NCBI RefSeq assembly: GCF_006345805.1
Contig: NC_043012.1
Location: 26,474,001 to 26,538,000, forward strand
Source: Octopus sinensis
Taxonomy: Eukaryota
Direction of reading: 5' to 3'
Length of the DNA stretch: 64,000 nt
Made by a program: the position numbers and the translations under genes. Positions 12,711 to 27,187 of the stretch are shown here, in pieces. The stretch's first letter is position 1; every line of letters begins with the position of its first letter. Below the pieces are notes generated by a model. The model worked only from the letters and a program-made list of their open reading frames with translations. It did no database searches and was not told the origin of the DNA.

Positions 12711-13589
12711 CATCTCAAATTCTTTGTAAACTCCTAAATATACCACCAAAATATGACCTTTTTGAACTTGTAATTTTCTGTGTATATATATATAGATACT
12801 TCTAAACAAACATGATTGTTAATGAAATCCTAATATTTTTAACGAACTTTTTAATATTGTCTCAAGATTTTTCCTGTAAACTGTTTTTAACATTTTCTTA
12901 TTATTATTATCAAAGAATGTATATTTGTATTGTAATATTTTGTGACAACCAGTACTTAACACAACAAAGCTTTTACATTTTACTTTTGACAGTCATTTTT
13001 TAAAAATGTGAAACCGGTCAAGTGAATAAACGTCTTTTAAAATTGCATTTTCAAACCTTCTTTCATATATATTTCCACTCGTGCGGTACCTTACAACTTC
13101 ACTTTGTTATATATATATATATATATATACGTGTCTTCTCATCAAGATACACCATAACGCATATACGCATACAAGCATTTTATAAAAACTGTGTGGTATG
13201 TAGAATATTAAAATAAGGAAATTGTACAATAAATTAATATAAGATGTTTTTCTGCTTCAGGTCCGTAGAAGTATTACTTTTCTTTTCGCTTTTCTTTTAT
13301 TTATTTTTGAAATCTCCATGGGTGGTGCCTAATAGAAATAAACATATCCAACGTCAGAAAGGAAATGAATTCGATTGAATCAACCCTCTCACGTGACTCT
13401 ATTTAGACAAACCAAAGAAGGAAGTCAAAGTTGATTTCGGAAATCCAACACAAGGAATTTTGTCCGGAGCTTAATTAATTAATATTGCCTTTGCTTTGTT
13501 GAAACGAGACCTATTGCGGATTGTGTAATAATAATCTGGTATGAGAAGACAAGGCACACGTACATCCATTCTTACATGTATGTATACAC

Positions 13590-13933
13590 ACTGCTTCCCA
13601 ACTACATGGTTCCGGGTCCAGTCACCCTCTGTGACATTTTGGGCGAATGTCTTCTACTATAGCCTCGGCTCTACCAAAGCCTTGTGAGTGGACTTGATGG
13701 ATGGAAAAGGAAAGAAGCCCGTCGTACATACACACGCACATGCACACACGCATACATGTATGTATGTATGTATGTATGTATGTATGTATGTATGTTTGTA
13801 TGTATGTATGTATGTTTGTATGTATGTATGTATGTATGTATGTATGTATGTATGTATGCATGTGCATGCATGTATGTGTGTGTATGTTTGTGTGTATGTA
13901 TGTTTGCGTGTATGTATGTATGTATGTATGTAG

Positions 13934-13964
<31 letters not shown>

Positions 13965-14135
13965 GTGAAAGTCTTTGTGTATTTGTATCCTGCAACCACT
14001 TGACACTCGGTGTTGGTGTGTTTACGTCAGCGAAACCTGATAGAATAAGTTCTATGCTTTAAAACAAAATAAAAATTACTACGATAGATTCGTTCGGCTA
14101 AAATTCTTGAAGATGGTACTCCAGCGTGGCCGTAG
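13590..14135 (+). mobile_element. SINE family 1 with expanded internal (TATG)n
   Basis: catggttccgggtccagtc head, aaagccttgtgagtgga, (TATG)n at 13755-13960, tail ctccagcgtggccg. Confidence 0.8.
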
Positions 14136-14169
14136 ACAAAAATGTTATACACTCTCATACATACGCTGG

Positions 14170-14776
14170 AAGTCAACATGATGATGACAATAACATTAGT
14201 GACGCTGACGATAATAGTAAGGATACGATTGCTGTTGAGGATGATAATGACGATGACGATGATGATGATGATGATGATGATGATGACGATGATGATGATG
14301 ATTATGATGATGATGGTGGTGATGATGATGGTGATGATGATGATGATGATGATGAGAGTGGTGGTGGTGAGGTTGATGGTGTTGATGATGAGGATGATGG
14401 TGGTGGCGATGATAGTGATGATGATGATGGTGATAATGATAATGATGATGATGAGGATAATGATGATAATGATGATGGTTAGGGTGTTGATGGTGATGAC
14501 GACGATGATGAGGATCATTTTCATGATGCCGATGATGATATTGGTGATGATGATGAAGGTTGAGGATGGTGATGATGATGATGACGGTGATGAGGATGAG
14601 AGTGATGGTGGTGATGTTGATGGTGTTGATGATGATGATGAAGATGATGATGGTGGTGATGATAGTGATGACGATGGTGATGATGACGATGATGATGATG
14701 ACGATGGTGATGATGATGATGATGACCATGATGATATTGGTGATGATGATGATGATGATAACGATGATGATGATGG
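14170..14776. repeat. (GAT/GGT)n trinucleotide array
   Basis: Direct inspection; source of the poly-M/D/H/S ORFs. Confidence 0.95.
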
Positions 14777-15620
14777 TAAAGACGTTGACTTCTTCCATTT
14801 GGAAGGCGTCCAATCGTTCAATTGCTAAATGTCTGGTTGTCACAACTGTAACACAGTAATAGGATATATATGCGCGCGCACACTCACACACACACACATA
14901 CATTCACACATACATACATACCTGCCTATTAACATATACATACACGCACACATTCATTCATGCATGCACATATACATACATAGACGTATACACTTACATG
15001 TATATATGTATATGTATGTGTGTATATATCTATCTATCTATATATATATATATATATAGAATATATTGATTTATTTTTAGTAGGCATCAAACCAATAAGA
15101 TTTTGCTTAGTAGTGGTAGTAGTGTTAATTGTAATAATAGTAGTAGTAGTAGTGATAGTAGTAGTGGAGGTAGTAGTAGTAATAGTGGTATTAGTAGTAG
15201 TAGTCGTAGTAATGGTGGTGCTAGTAGTATTTGCAGTATAAAGATAGTAGTAGTATTGGTAGTGTAGTAGTAGTAGTAGTAGTAGTAGCCTTGGTCAGCT
15301 CTGATAAAAGAGTGCTGTGATCAAAGGCGTAGCAGTTAGCATGACCACAACGCATCGTTTTATCTTAGGGTCAGGTTCGAAGAGGAATTTGGCTGCTAAA
15401 TATATAGTATCGAGCAGCCTTGTTCGTTTGCTTCGTGTGTGTGTGTATGTGTGTATTTTGTTTGATCCAGATCATATTAAATCAAACGCTTTCATTGCTT
15501 TGTCTTATCTTTCTGTCTTTTGACTGTATTTTGATATTTCCGTTTTTACTTTCTTGGGCTTCGTTATCTAATGTATCTTTCCCCTTTCATATTTTGAAGG
15601 TCATAGACGATGATACACAG

Positions 15621-15658
<38 letters not shown>

Positions 15659-15720
15659 GAATACATATATATATATGTTTGTGTATATGTGTGTGTATGT
15701 GTATAAATAAATAAATATAT

Positions 15721-15783
<63 letters not shown>

Positions 15784-15886
15784 CGTTTGTGAGACACTTC
15801 TGTGGGTTTACAAACGCACACATATATATATATATATATGAATGTATATATATATATATGTAATATAAGAGTGTGGTTATATATAC

Positions 15887-15917
<31 letters not shown>

Positions 15918-15964
15918 AGAAGAGACAAAGACACAGAGAGACACAGAGACAAAGACAGACAGAA

Positions 15965-16975
15965 TGAGGTTGAGGGATTCGGGAGTTATTTACATAAGGC
16001 TGAGCAAGCGCAAATTTTGATATGTTATTTCATTAATTACGTGCGTTTCGATGGTAGATATGATTTTTTTTCTCAAATATCAATATGAATTGTCTGTAAT
16101 ATTTCAGCATATTACATGTCATCCAAGTGGAAGCCCGGGTTTACAGATAACGATAGAAAGTAACCTTAATAAAGTAGATTTGCTTTTAGATATCAACTTT
16201 GATTTGCAATTAGATGAATTTAAACCCTACCGTAAGCCCAATAAAAGGGTATTTTATATTAACAAAGAGTCAAATTATCCATCCGTAATTCTAGTTTGTA
16301 ATATAGGAAGGCGCATATCATCCATGTCTTCAGACGAGACAGCGTTTCAAAATGCCGCGCAGTATTATAATAGTGCATTAAGGAACAGTGGATACAAATA
16401 AATGTAGGGAATTCTTAAAACTAGTTTCTAAACATTTTCAAACTAGCCATAAGTTCTATAGAATTTTTAATAGGAGAACGTTGAAGGTTAGCCATTCTTG
16501 GGGCAAAAACTTCACCTCTTCAATTAATCAGCTCAACACGAACCAGAAGAATTGCAATTGTAAAGACCAGAGTTGCTGTCCGTTAGAAGGAAAATGTTGT
16601 GAGAAAAGAATAGTTTATAGATAGCTCACAAGAATACAAAATATACACAGGAGCTTCGGAAAATTCCTTCAAGACTAGGTTTTATTCCCACCGAAATTAT
16701 TTTCAACAGCTCGAAAATAGGACAGCAACAAGTCTTGCAGAACATGCCTGGCAATTGAAGGAAAATGATACCTGTTCTTTCAATATCAGCTGGATAATTT
16801 TGGAGAAAGCAGTACCATATAAACAGAGAGCATATAGACGACCAATGGGATGCAATCTGTGTTTCTCTGAAAATTTTTTCATCTCGTTCCAGGATAAACA
16901 TGCATTGAACCAAAGACGAGAGCTTTAAAATTCCTGCAGGCACGCTACGTTGTTTAAAATGTCCGCTGCAAAAAT
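15965..16975 (+). pseudogene. Penelope-like element: RT C-terminus, Cys linker and GIY-YIG endonuclease, degraded
   Basis: GLQITIESNLNKVDLLLDINFDL...KPYRKPN...IGRRISSMSS; EFLKLVSKHF...IFNRRTLKVS; CNCKDQSCCPLEGKC; YTGASENSFKTRFYSH...SLAEHAWQLKE...CNLC...CRH. Confidence 0.9.
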
Positions 16976-18674
16976 ACCGTATGGGTAATTTTTTCATGTT
17001 CGAAAAATCTATTTGACTTTCGCATTTGAATTTGGCTTTTACACTTAAAATATAGACAGCTTTTAGTATTACAATGCTGCTACATATTTCGCCTTCATAT
17101 TTCACATTCGACTTTCAAGAAAGACTTCGACTGTTTTGTAAATTTAAATTTAAAGTTTGCCAAGGTCGAATTTTTACTCATTGTTTTACTCATTTTCATA
17201 TTTAAATTCTAAATTTTAAACGTATATTTAAAACAACTTATATATTTATATTACACTTATTTATGTTATGTTAATTTATTGTACAATTTTCTTATTTTTA
17301 TATTCAATGCACCAGACTGTTTTTCATATATTTATTTGCATATATACGTGATGGTGTACATATAAATCTTGAAGTGAATATATGTACGAAGATATATATG
17401 TATATATCTACATATATGTTTATTTGTATATTTGTATATGTGTCTACATGTGTGTTACTAATGTGTATATGTATGTATTTATCTAGATATGCATGTCAGT
17501 TTTATATGTGTGCGTTTGTAAACCCACAGAAGTGTCTCACAAACGTTAGATACTTTCTGGGAACGGCAACTTCCAAATCATTTCTCTCTCTCTCTCTCTC
17601 TCCGACTCAATGCGTGTTTCGAAGGTAAGGGCAGAACACGATCCGGCCGAAGTAGTCCTTCCTGCAAAATGAATTAAATAAAATTATTTTACAGAGGGGT
17701 AAAACAAGTTACAAGAACAGGACGTAAAAGCAATACAAATGAAGAAAAAACAGTACAAATAAAGAATAACAGGACAAGGAAATCAACAACAAGGGCTTTT
17801 TTGAAGCCTAGACGGTGGAAAAATTCGTTAGAACGCATTCTGAAGATCGGCTTGCGGAAGACAGAAGAAAGCCGATGTTGACTTGTTGAAAGTTGTGGGC
17901 AGAAAGATAGTAGTCGTCCGGTCAGAGACGAGAGAGAGGAGGAGCGAAAGAGAGAGAGAGAGAGATGAAAAGAAACCAGAAAGGGTGAAAAATAAGAAGG
18001 AGAGAGCCAGGTAGAGAGGAAGACAGACAGACAGGGAGGAAAGGTCAAGTAAAGAGTTAAGAGTGCGCGTCATAATTATTCAAATAAAAACTTACTTGGA
18101 AGAAGAAGAAAATAACGTGTTGCGTTCAATCATATAATAACATGTATATATATATACAACTTGATGTAACATCTTTTTCGACTTTATGTTTTTTTTATTT
18201 AAGCAATTAATAGACAAAATAAGCCACAAATTTAGGCGATTGATTTGTCAAACTTTTCTTCAGTCTCAGCAAATATATTTAAATGTATAACTATAATTAA
18301 AACAACAACAACAACAACAACCATTAAACCAATGCTGAAGTGAAAATCAAATGAAATATACGTAAAAATATGTATAAACCATTTAATAAAAACAGATTGA
18401 AACGTAAAATCTTTAATTGATTTTTCTTCGTTTTCCGACTTAAGTTGCATGATTGGAACCAATTACCGACGTAAGCTGAGGTATGTCTTTGTATATACAT
18501 ACGTACATACACATGTCGCTACTAGTCAGATTTGAAGTATTCTCTGGATAGTCAGATGTCAGTTTACCTGGGAAGAAACGAGGCTGTTTTTAATAAGAAG
18601 GGTGGAAATTAATGCATCCAAAGTTTCACAGCTCCGGTGTCACTCCTTCATAGTCATCGTATGAGCTTTTCAGC

Positions 18675-19400
18675 CCACCCATATGCATACACACACACAT
18701 ATCACACACATGCATACACACATATACAAACAAACACAAACACATACACAGACGCATACACCCTCACGCACATACACACTCGCACGTACACACATGCACA
18801 CACATGCATACGCACATACACACACAAATACACACACATACACAGACACACACACACTCACGCGCATACACACTCACGCGCATACACACTCACACATATA
18901 CACATACATACACCGACAAGCATACACATACACAGACACACAACCACTCACACGCACTCACACACACACACGCACGCAAGCCTCACACACAAACTCACAC
19001 ATCCTCAGACACACACACACGCACGCAAGCCTCACACACAAACTCACACATCCTCAGACACACACACACACACGGACGCATACACACACACTCACAGGCA
19101 CATTCTCACACGCACTCACACACTCACATACACATGCACAGACGTACACACACATCCCCACACACACTCACACACACATAGCCTCAGGAACACTCGCACA
19201 AACATCTTCACAAAAACATTCTCATACACACTCACACAGACTCATACAAACGCACCCACACACACACATGTACAGGCACACACACACACATGCACAGGCA
19301 CAGACACATCCTCACGCACACACGCATACTCATACACACATCCCCACAGACTCTCACACACACTCACACACACACATCCTCACACAAACATATATCTATA
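18675..19400. repeat. Degenerate (CA)n-rich array with internal ~48-bp duplication
   Basis: gcacgcaagcctcacacacaaactcacacatcctcagacac occurs at about 18972 and 19021. Confidence 0.9.
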
Positions 19401-19941
19401 AACATCCACATGTTTGATGTTTGAGCGCTGACATGAGCAAAACTGTAAACATCGCAAACTACTAAACATATGTTCTAATATTCAGAATAAAACACAATAT
19501 TGTTAGCAATAATCTACGTAAGCCGCCAATATCAGATTAAGATCGTTAATCTATGTGTTGTCATGTTTACAGAGTGAGATTGAGGATCAGAAAAAGAGAC
19601 AACTGGATCGAATTGTGAACTTTTATGATTATTTCAATTTGCTCTCCCATCAAATACATCTTTTATGGAATACAGGCTCTCGTAGCAACTAACAAACTAA
19701 CGCTTAAGAATATATATGTTGTTCCACCCACAACACCCTGCTGTATTCACACATACATCCATCCACCCATATATACATATATACATACCTACCTACATGC
19801 ATACGTAATCTTATACATACATACATACATATATACATATATATATATATGTATATCTATGTATATATATATTTGCATATATATGTATGTATATAAACTT
19901 ATATGTATGTATATATATATATATGTATATATATAATATAT

Positions 19942-19998
<57 letters not shown>

Positions 19999-20419
19999 AT
20001 ATATATGTATGTATATGTATGTATATTTACAGATATGTATGTATGCTGTGTGAATATGCGGATGCATCGGTGTTTCATGCATGCGTACACATTGGATGTG
20101 TGCAAGAGATAAAACAGCTGACGCTGGGAAAAATTTTGTATCATAAAAATTTATAACTTTATTGCGGACGATGGTTGATGATCGAGTGTATACGTGTGGG
20201 TGTATTTCAGAGTGAATGTTTCCACACAGACACACACACACACACACACACACACATGCACGCACTCTCTCTCACACACATACACACATACACACACTCA
20301 CACCTACACTTATGCGTTCATCGTGTGAAAATGTAAAGAGCAGCGCAAAAACATGTATGTATATTTGAATAAGTGTGCGAGTGAATAGACACAAAATATA
20401 CATATACATATATATATAT

Positions 20420-20469
<50 letters not shown>

Positions 20470-21049
20470 ATATATATATCTATATATATATATGTATGTA
20501 TAAATATATACATAAATATATATATGCATATAAATACATGTATGCACCAACATATTCATACTTTTTATAAAATTGTTATAAATTGTTACATTTTATATTT
20601 GTGTACGTGTATATAAATATACATATATACATATGTATATGTGCGCGTATATACACATGTGTGTGTCTATATGTATAGATATACATTTACATACATATGC
20701 ACACATATACATATAAATATATGTATATGTATATATACGTATATATGTATATATATGTATGCATATATTCATGTATGTATATATTTATATATACATACTC
20801 ACCTATACATAAGTATGTGTATGTATATATATGTACACACTCTCATCTTGTGTGCGTTTGCAGAAGTTCACTTACTAAACAAATGCATAACATAATGAAA
20901 AGAAACAAAAAAAAGATGCAAAGACAATGTGCAGAAAAAACATTAAGAGTATTGTTGAGCTTTAAGATGTCATATTGGAATAAAATATTCAGTGCTTTTT
21001 AGTAATTCTTGCAAAGAAGTTTGAATTTGACATAAATGAATATATAAAT

Positions 21050-21190
21050 GATCTTTTCTACTCAAGACACAAGCTCGAAATTTTTTGGGGGGAGGTGGGG
21101 GGCCATTCGATTAAACCGACCCCAGTACGCAACTGGTGCTTAATTTATCGACCCCGCGGAATTTGAACTCAGAACGTAAAGGCAGACGAA
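21050..21190 (-). mobile_element. SINE family 2 fragment
   Basis: Reverse complement of gttctgagttcaaattccgc...ggggtcgataaattaagcaccagttgcgtactggggtcg. Confidence 0.8.
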
Positions 21191-21214
21191 AAAAAAAAAA
21201 AAATAATAATAATG

Positions 21215-21266
<52 letters not shown>

Positions 21267-21424
21267 TAATAATAATAATAATAATAACATGATGATGATG
21301 ATGAAGAAGAAGAGGAAGAAGAAAAAGGAGAAGAAGAAGAAGAAGAAGAAAAGAAGAAGAAGAAAGAAGAAGAAGAAGAAGAAGAAGAAGAAGAAGAAGA
21401 AGAAGAAGAAGAAGAAGAAGAAAA

Positions 21425-22057
21425 GAAGAACATGTGAAGTGGGTCGAAAGCGTGCCACACATTGTTTGTGCATGTGGAAGGCTTTCGCAGAAAGAGTACA
21501 AGCGTAGACCAGACAAGGTAGCCCCAAACCTCCACTGGCTACTATGCCGGAAATATGAATATGAGGTAACGGATACCAACATACACCGGAAAAGGTAATG
21601 ATCGTAAAAGGGGCGGTAAAAATCCTCTGTGATTCCTCTTCCTGAGCGACAAGGTGTTAGAGTACCTGAAGGCCGGATGCAGTAACCTTTAGTAGGGACA
21701 AACAAGAGTGCCAGGTGATCAACATATTATCACGAAAGAAAGAGAAAAGATTGATAAATATGGAGATCTGAGAATCAAGATTGCCAAGATGTGGCAGCAA
21801 CGAGAGTCAAACATAAAGTTTGTTCTTGTTGTCATGGGATCAATGGGTTCCATGCTACCCAAGCGGAAGAAACATCTGGAAACTTTAGAAACATCCTACA
21901 ATCTAGATGTATTGCGAAAACCGGCATTACTTGGAACTGCACGCATATTGCGTAAAGTCTGTCTGATATCCTGTGACTTGATAAACAGTACAGACTCCCG
22001 GTCGATACAATATCTCCAACTAACAACATTACGATATCGGATATGTGTGACGTCTTA
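21425..22057 (+). mobile_element. RLE (Dong/R4-like) non-LTR 3' fragment
   Basis: VESVPHIVCACGRLSQKEYKRRPDKV...LHWLLCRKY (CCHC region); KEREKIDKYGDL...ALLGTARILRKV; ends in (TAA)n. Confidence 0.85.
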
Positions 22058-22107
<50 letters not shown>

Positions 22108-22151
22108 TAATAATAATAATAATAATAATGATAATAATAATAATGATAACA

Positions 22152-22597
22152 CTGTCAAGACCTACCAAAAACTGAGCAAATATAAAGATCTTGAAATAGA
22201 AATCAGCAAAATGTGGAAGCTGAAGACTAAAACAATACCTGTTGTCATAGGTGCCCTGGGAATGATAGCAAAAGGGGCTGATAGCTACCTAACTCAGATA
22301 CCAGGAAACCCAAAAATGGCAGAAGTTCAAAAGATAGTGCTCATGGGAACTGCTCATATCCTACGCAAAATACTCTCTATGTAATCTCAAGGTTTAAAAC
22401 AAACATAATTTTCGGTTTAAAAAAAAAAAAAAAAAAACTTTTTTTTTTAGACATTCATTAGTACAACATCCCCACCCCCCAAATATATGGCACACTAGGC
22501 ATAACAACAACATGAACTTCCAACCCTGTTGTCTCTTGAGGTCTCTGGGTGAGACTTGGAGCCAACTTGTACAAATATAAAGCAAAAGTCAAACATA

Positions 22598-22600
<3 letters not shown>
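22152..22600 (+). mobile_element. RLE (Dong-like) family A 3' fragment in (TAA)n
   Basis: KLSKYKDLEIEISKMWKLKTKTIPVVIGALG...MGTAHILRKILSM plus 3' UTR ending aaagtcaaacatagaa; (TAA)n on both sides. Confidence 0.92.
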
Positions 22601-22646
<46 letters not shown>

Positions 22647-23064
22647 TTGTCAGTTGTTTGACCTTAACCAGTTGAACATGTCCCTTAGTGGCTGACGATA
22701 TGTGCATCTCTGATCACGAGCAGAAGTAGTGGGGGAGCATCATAGCCATGTGTTGAGAGGGATTCTTTGGGGTTTAATAGTTCACCTCTGGAAACATGGG
22801 TGGTTCTTTCAACATCCTTAAACAACCCTTATTCAGGGACCGTTTGAGCGGGATGGGCTACTCAACCTGAAGAAAATTCTAACTGGGCCCCACCTGCAAG
22901 GTCATGTGCTGTTTATCTTGATATGAGATCACCATGTCGCGCACATATGGTTGTGATGCATGTGCCTGGTGTACCTTTATCAGATGGGTAGTCATGATGG
23001 GTATATTGGGCTTCGTATATTTTACCCCAGTGTCACTTTGATGGCATGAACTGCTCTCTCACTC
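22647..23064 (+). mobile_element. Non-coding (TAA)n-inserted element (family B), 5' truncated
   Basis: Homologous to 27188-27689 and 29116-29672; common 3' end ctctctcactc-(AAT)n. Confidence 0.85.
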
Positions 23065-23285
23065 AATAATAATAATAATGATGATGATGATGATGATAAT
23101 GATGATGATGATGATAATAATAATAAATTTAAATGTTTGTGTTGTATTGAAGATATTTCTCTACTGCCCCTGCCACTTCCCCTGACCAAGCTTTCCGTCA
23201 TACATCTCTTAACTTTCACTCGCCCTAGGTCGTTGAGTGTGTCTCGGCAAGTGTTTGTAACAAGCATGCAAATTAAAAGTAAATG

Positions 23286-23359
<74 letters not shown>

Positions 23360-24178
23360 CTCCTCTGTTGAAACACGCAGAAGGTCGGCATCATCAACAC
23401 TGAAAATTGTGTAACTAAATAAAAATTTGAACAAGAAAAAAAAAAAAATCAAAAAAAGAAAAAAACATGGAAAGAAAAGAAACTGTACGGTCAGTTTGCA
23501 AGAGATGTGAACACCAAGGCAGATATAGAAGGCTGGTGACTATCGATGAGGAGGAGTGACTTGAAGAGAGAGACAGAAGCATTCATATGCGCAGCTCAAG
23601 AAGAAGCATTAAGGACCAACTATATGAAATGCAGAATAGACAACACTACCGATAGTCACAAATGTAAAATGTATGGTGAGAGGGGTGAAACTGTATGGTA
23701 CATTGTTAGCGAATGTCAGCAAATACAAAAGACAATGCGGCAAGAATAATCTAGTGGGAGCTTTGTGGAAATTGCGGCTTACAAAGAGCAAAGACGTGGT
23801 ATGAGGAAACTCCAGGAGTCACCGAAAATTAAAATTGCAAAATCGTGTGGGAGGCAATGATCCAGTGGGATCACCCCACCAGACATCAGAAGCCGGACAG
23901 TGTTGAGGTGAATAAAAAAGGAAGAACTTGTATGATAATCGACATAACATGCCACGGTGACAACAGAATCAGTGTGAAAGAAGAAGAAAAACCATGAGGA
24001 TTTGAAGTGGGAAATACGAAGGTTGTGGCCAATGAAGATAGTAGACGTGATACTAATTGTAACTGGTGCACTTGGAAGTATCAGCACTCAACTACCAACA
24101 AGGTTGAAAAAGATTGGTGCAAGTGTGAAAATAGAACACCGACAAAAATCGCCATTGCTTGGAGCTGCAAGAATTCAC
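23360..24178 (+). mobile_element. RLE (Dong-like) degraded fragment
   Basis: DLKRETEAFICAAQEEALRTNY...CKMYGERGETVWYIVSEC; KPD...MIIDITC; WEIRRLW...VTGALG...LLGAARI. Confidence 0.85.
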
Positions 24179-24612
24179 TTTTCCACCTCTATCGAATTTT
24201 TACGAATGAATCGAGCGACATTTGCACCTGCATATCTGGTACCTGAAATTTGCTCGATTCGAAAATCACCCCCACTGTTTTAATTTCGATGTTTTGAGTT
24301 ACGAGGGTCATCAGGATTGTTGCTGAAGTCGATGATAATAGTGATGACGACAACGCCATCTTGTGTCGTTATGTTTTTTTTTTAATGAAATGGATAATTA
24401 GATGATTGAAAAAATACTGCCCGTTACGGGGCAGAAACAGCCACCGAAAACCTATTAATAGGTTCTTTGTGTTCTTATTGTCGGTTTATAAGAAAAATTA
24501 ACCACATAAATTTGTACAGACAAAGTGAAAAGCACAGTTTAAATCATAACTTAAGAAGTGTGTTCGAAAGAACGTTTTACATATCCCGCAGCGAATAATA
24601 ATAATAATAATA

Positions 24613-24644
<32 letters not shown>

Positions 24645-24899
24645 GTTATTTTTTCCTCACTTAAATTCTCTTGCAAGAAAGCCTTTTTGATGTGGCTGCA
24701 GGTGGTGCTGCAGATGTTGTTCTTGTCGCCTTCTTCGCAGTAATGGTAGTAGCAGTTGGTAAAGTCAATGTTTAAATGTCGCATAGTTTGGAATTCTGTA
24801 TTTGAGTTGCCAAAATACTAAAATAGTATTTAAACTGTTTTCGATTTCAAAACATGTTTCATTTTGAATCTTGTGTAATCGTAAATCATTTGAAGTAGC

Positions 24900-24978
24900 A
24901 GAAGTAAATATTGTTTTAGAAGCAGATTTAGCAGTTTTAGTAATAGTAGTAGTGGCAGTTGTAGCTGTAGTAATTATT

Positions 24979-25021
<43 letters not shown>

Positions 25022-25088
25022 CAGTAGTAGTATTGGTAGTAGTAGTAGATGAAGTAGTATTTTCTTCATCATCATCATCATCATCATT

Positions 25089-25146
<58 letters not shown>

Positions 25147-25150
25147 CCAG

Positions 25151-25186
<36 letters not shown>

Positions 25187-25329
25187 CGTTATCATCGTAG
25201 ACGTCATCATCATTATCACCATCACCATCATCATTATCGTCGTCGTCGTCAATCGTCAATCTTCAATCATATCTTCGGTCATCAATCATCATCATCATCA
25301 TCAACATCTTCTTCTTCTTCTTCGTCATC

Positions 25330-25360
<31 letters not shown>

Positions 25361-25500
25361 CCATCATCGTCATCGTCATCATCATCTCATCATCATCATC
25401 ATCATCATCATCATCTTCTTCTTCTTCTTCATCTTCTTTTTTTTTTTTTTCTTCTTCTTTTCTTCTTCTTCTTCTTCTATTTCTTCTTCTCTTCCTCCTT
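24900..25500. repeat. (GTA)n/(CAT)n/(CTT)n compound microsatellite
   Basis: Direct inspection. Confidence 0.95.
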
Positions 25501-25712
25501 CATCAATGTTTCTTTTCACTCGTCAATATCTTCTCAAGTCGAAGACGTCTATAAACATACAATTTTTTAAAAAATATCTTTTAAAAATCATATTATGTCA
25601 GCCAATAAAATATTATTTAACATCAAAGAGATCAATTTATAGAGAGCGTAAAATAAAACTTTGTTTCTCTAAGTTTTTCGACTGTATGTTGCTGTGTGCA
25701 TGTGGGTTTCCG

Positions 25713-25760
<48 letters not shown>

Positions 25761-26877
25761 TGTGTGTGTGTGAAGGCATGTGTGTATTTATGCGTGAATG
25801 TCTCAGTGTGTATGTATATATGCATATTCATGCATTTATATATATGCATGTATATATGTATAAATATATATATAAATATATATATATTAATATACGTACA
25901 TGCATGCACACACACATACACACACACATAAACACACACATACACACACACATAAACACACACACATACACACATATATATAAATATATGAATATATATA
26001 TATTATAATATGATATAATATAAAATCATCGATAAATAAATATATCTTTTTAATAACATATTCATAGAGTTTAACCTTGATGTAAAAGATATTTCTATGA
26101 GGATTTTACATAAACGAACAAAAATAATAAATACACACACATACATACACTCACTCACCACATATGCACATACTCACACATGTACAACTCACTTAAAAAT
26201 TAGGATTTATAGATGTAAGAGTTATGGTTCAGGGATGAGTGACTTTTTAATGACGGTTTCATATGGAAATGAAGACGGTAGAACAGACAGACAGGTCACG
26301 ACTTCCATTAAGCGTTACAACGTATCACTACAACACATCACTTTTAAAAGACACATTTATCTGCCGCTGTTTACGTTTTCTTTACGTTTTTCAAATTTTC
26401 ATTTTTTTTTTTAATTACTTTTAATTTTCTGAGAACACCCACTTACAAAGGGCGGAGTTTGAGCGTGTACAGCATTTCGATTTAATCGAACTTGGTTGCT
26501 CTTTAAATAACACCGCAAGCTATCTTATCGATCGAACGTATTAGGATCGAAAAGCGGGTGGCGGGGGAGAGAAATAAATATGAAAAAGAAGGACTCGAGA
26601 GAACTTTAGTTAGAAGGTGAAATGGTAAAGAGTAGGCTTAAATGAAACGTTACGTGGCAACACTCTACTGTTTCTGCCCAATAATAATAATAATAATAAT
26701 AATAATAGTAATAATAATACTAATAATAATAACAACAACAACAATAATAATAATAACAATAACAATAACAACAACAACAATAATAATAATAATAATAATA
26801 ATAACAACAATAACAACAACAACAATAATAATAATGATAATAACAATAATAATAATAATAATAATAATATAATAATA

Positions 26878-26909
<32 letters not shown>

Positions 26910-26931
26910 TTAATAATAATAATAATAATAA

Positions 26932-27105
26932 CTTTCGTTTTTTTTTTCGTTTTTTTTAGGCATTCACTAGTACAACACTAAATACAAAACCAAATATATG
27001 GCACACTAGGCATAACGACAATACGAACTTCCAACCTGTTGCCTCTTGAGATTTCTGGGTGAGACTTAGAGCCAACTTGTTCAAACATAAAGCAAGTCAA
27101 ACATA

Positions 27106-27108
<3 letters not shown>
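26932..27108 (+). mobile_element. RLE family A 3' UTR only
   Basis: Matches 22430-22600 (atatggcacactaggcataac...gggtgagact...gtcaaacatagaa), within (TAA)n. Confidence 0.85.
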
Positions 27109-27165
<57 letters not shown>

Positions 27166-27187
27166 GTAATAATAATAATAATAATAA

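Noticed and set aside
11818-12809. 261-aa Ser/Leu/Pro then Arg/Glu ORF
   Set aside because: Read-through of the inverted minisatellite
17840-17880. CUGAAGA followed by a CGGCUU/AAGCCG stem
   Set aside because: GAUG instead of GAAA, and stems I and III cannot be built
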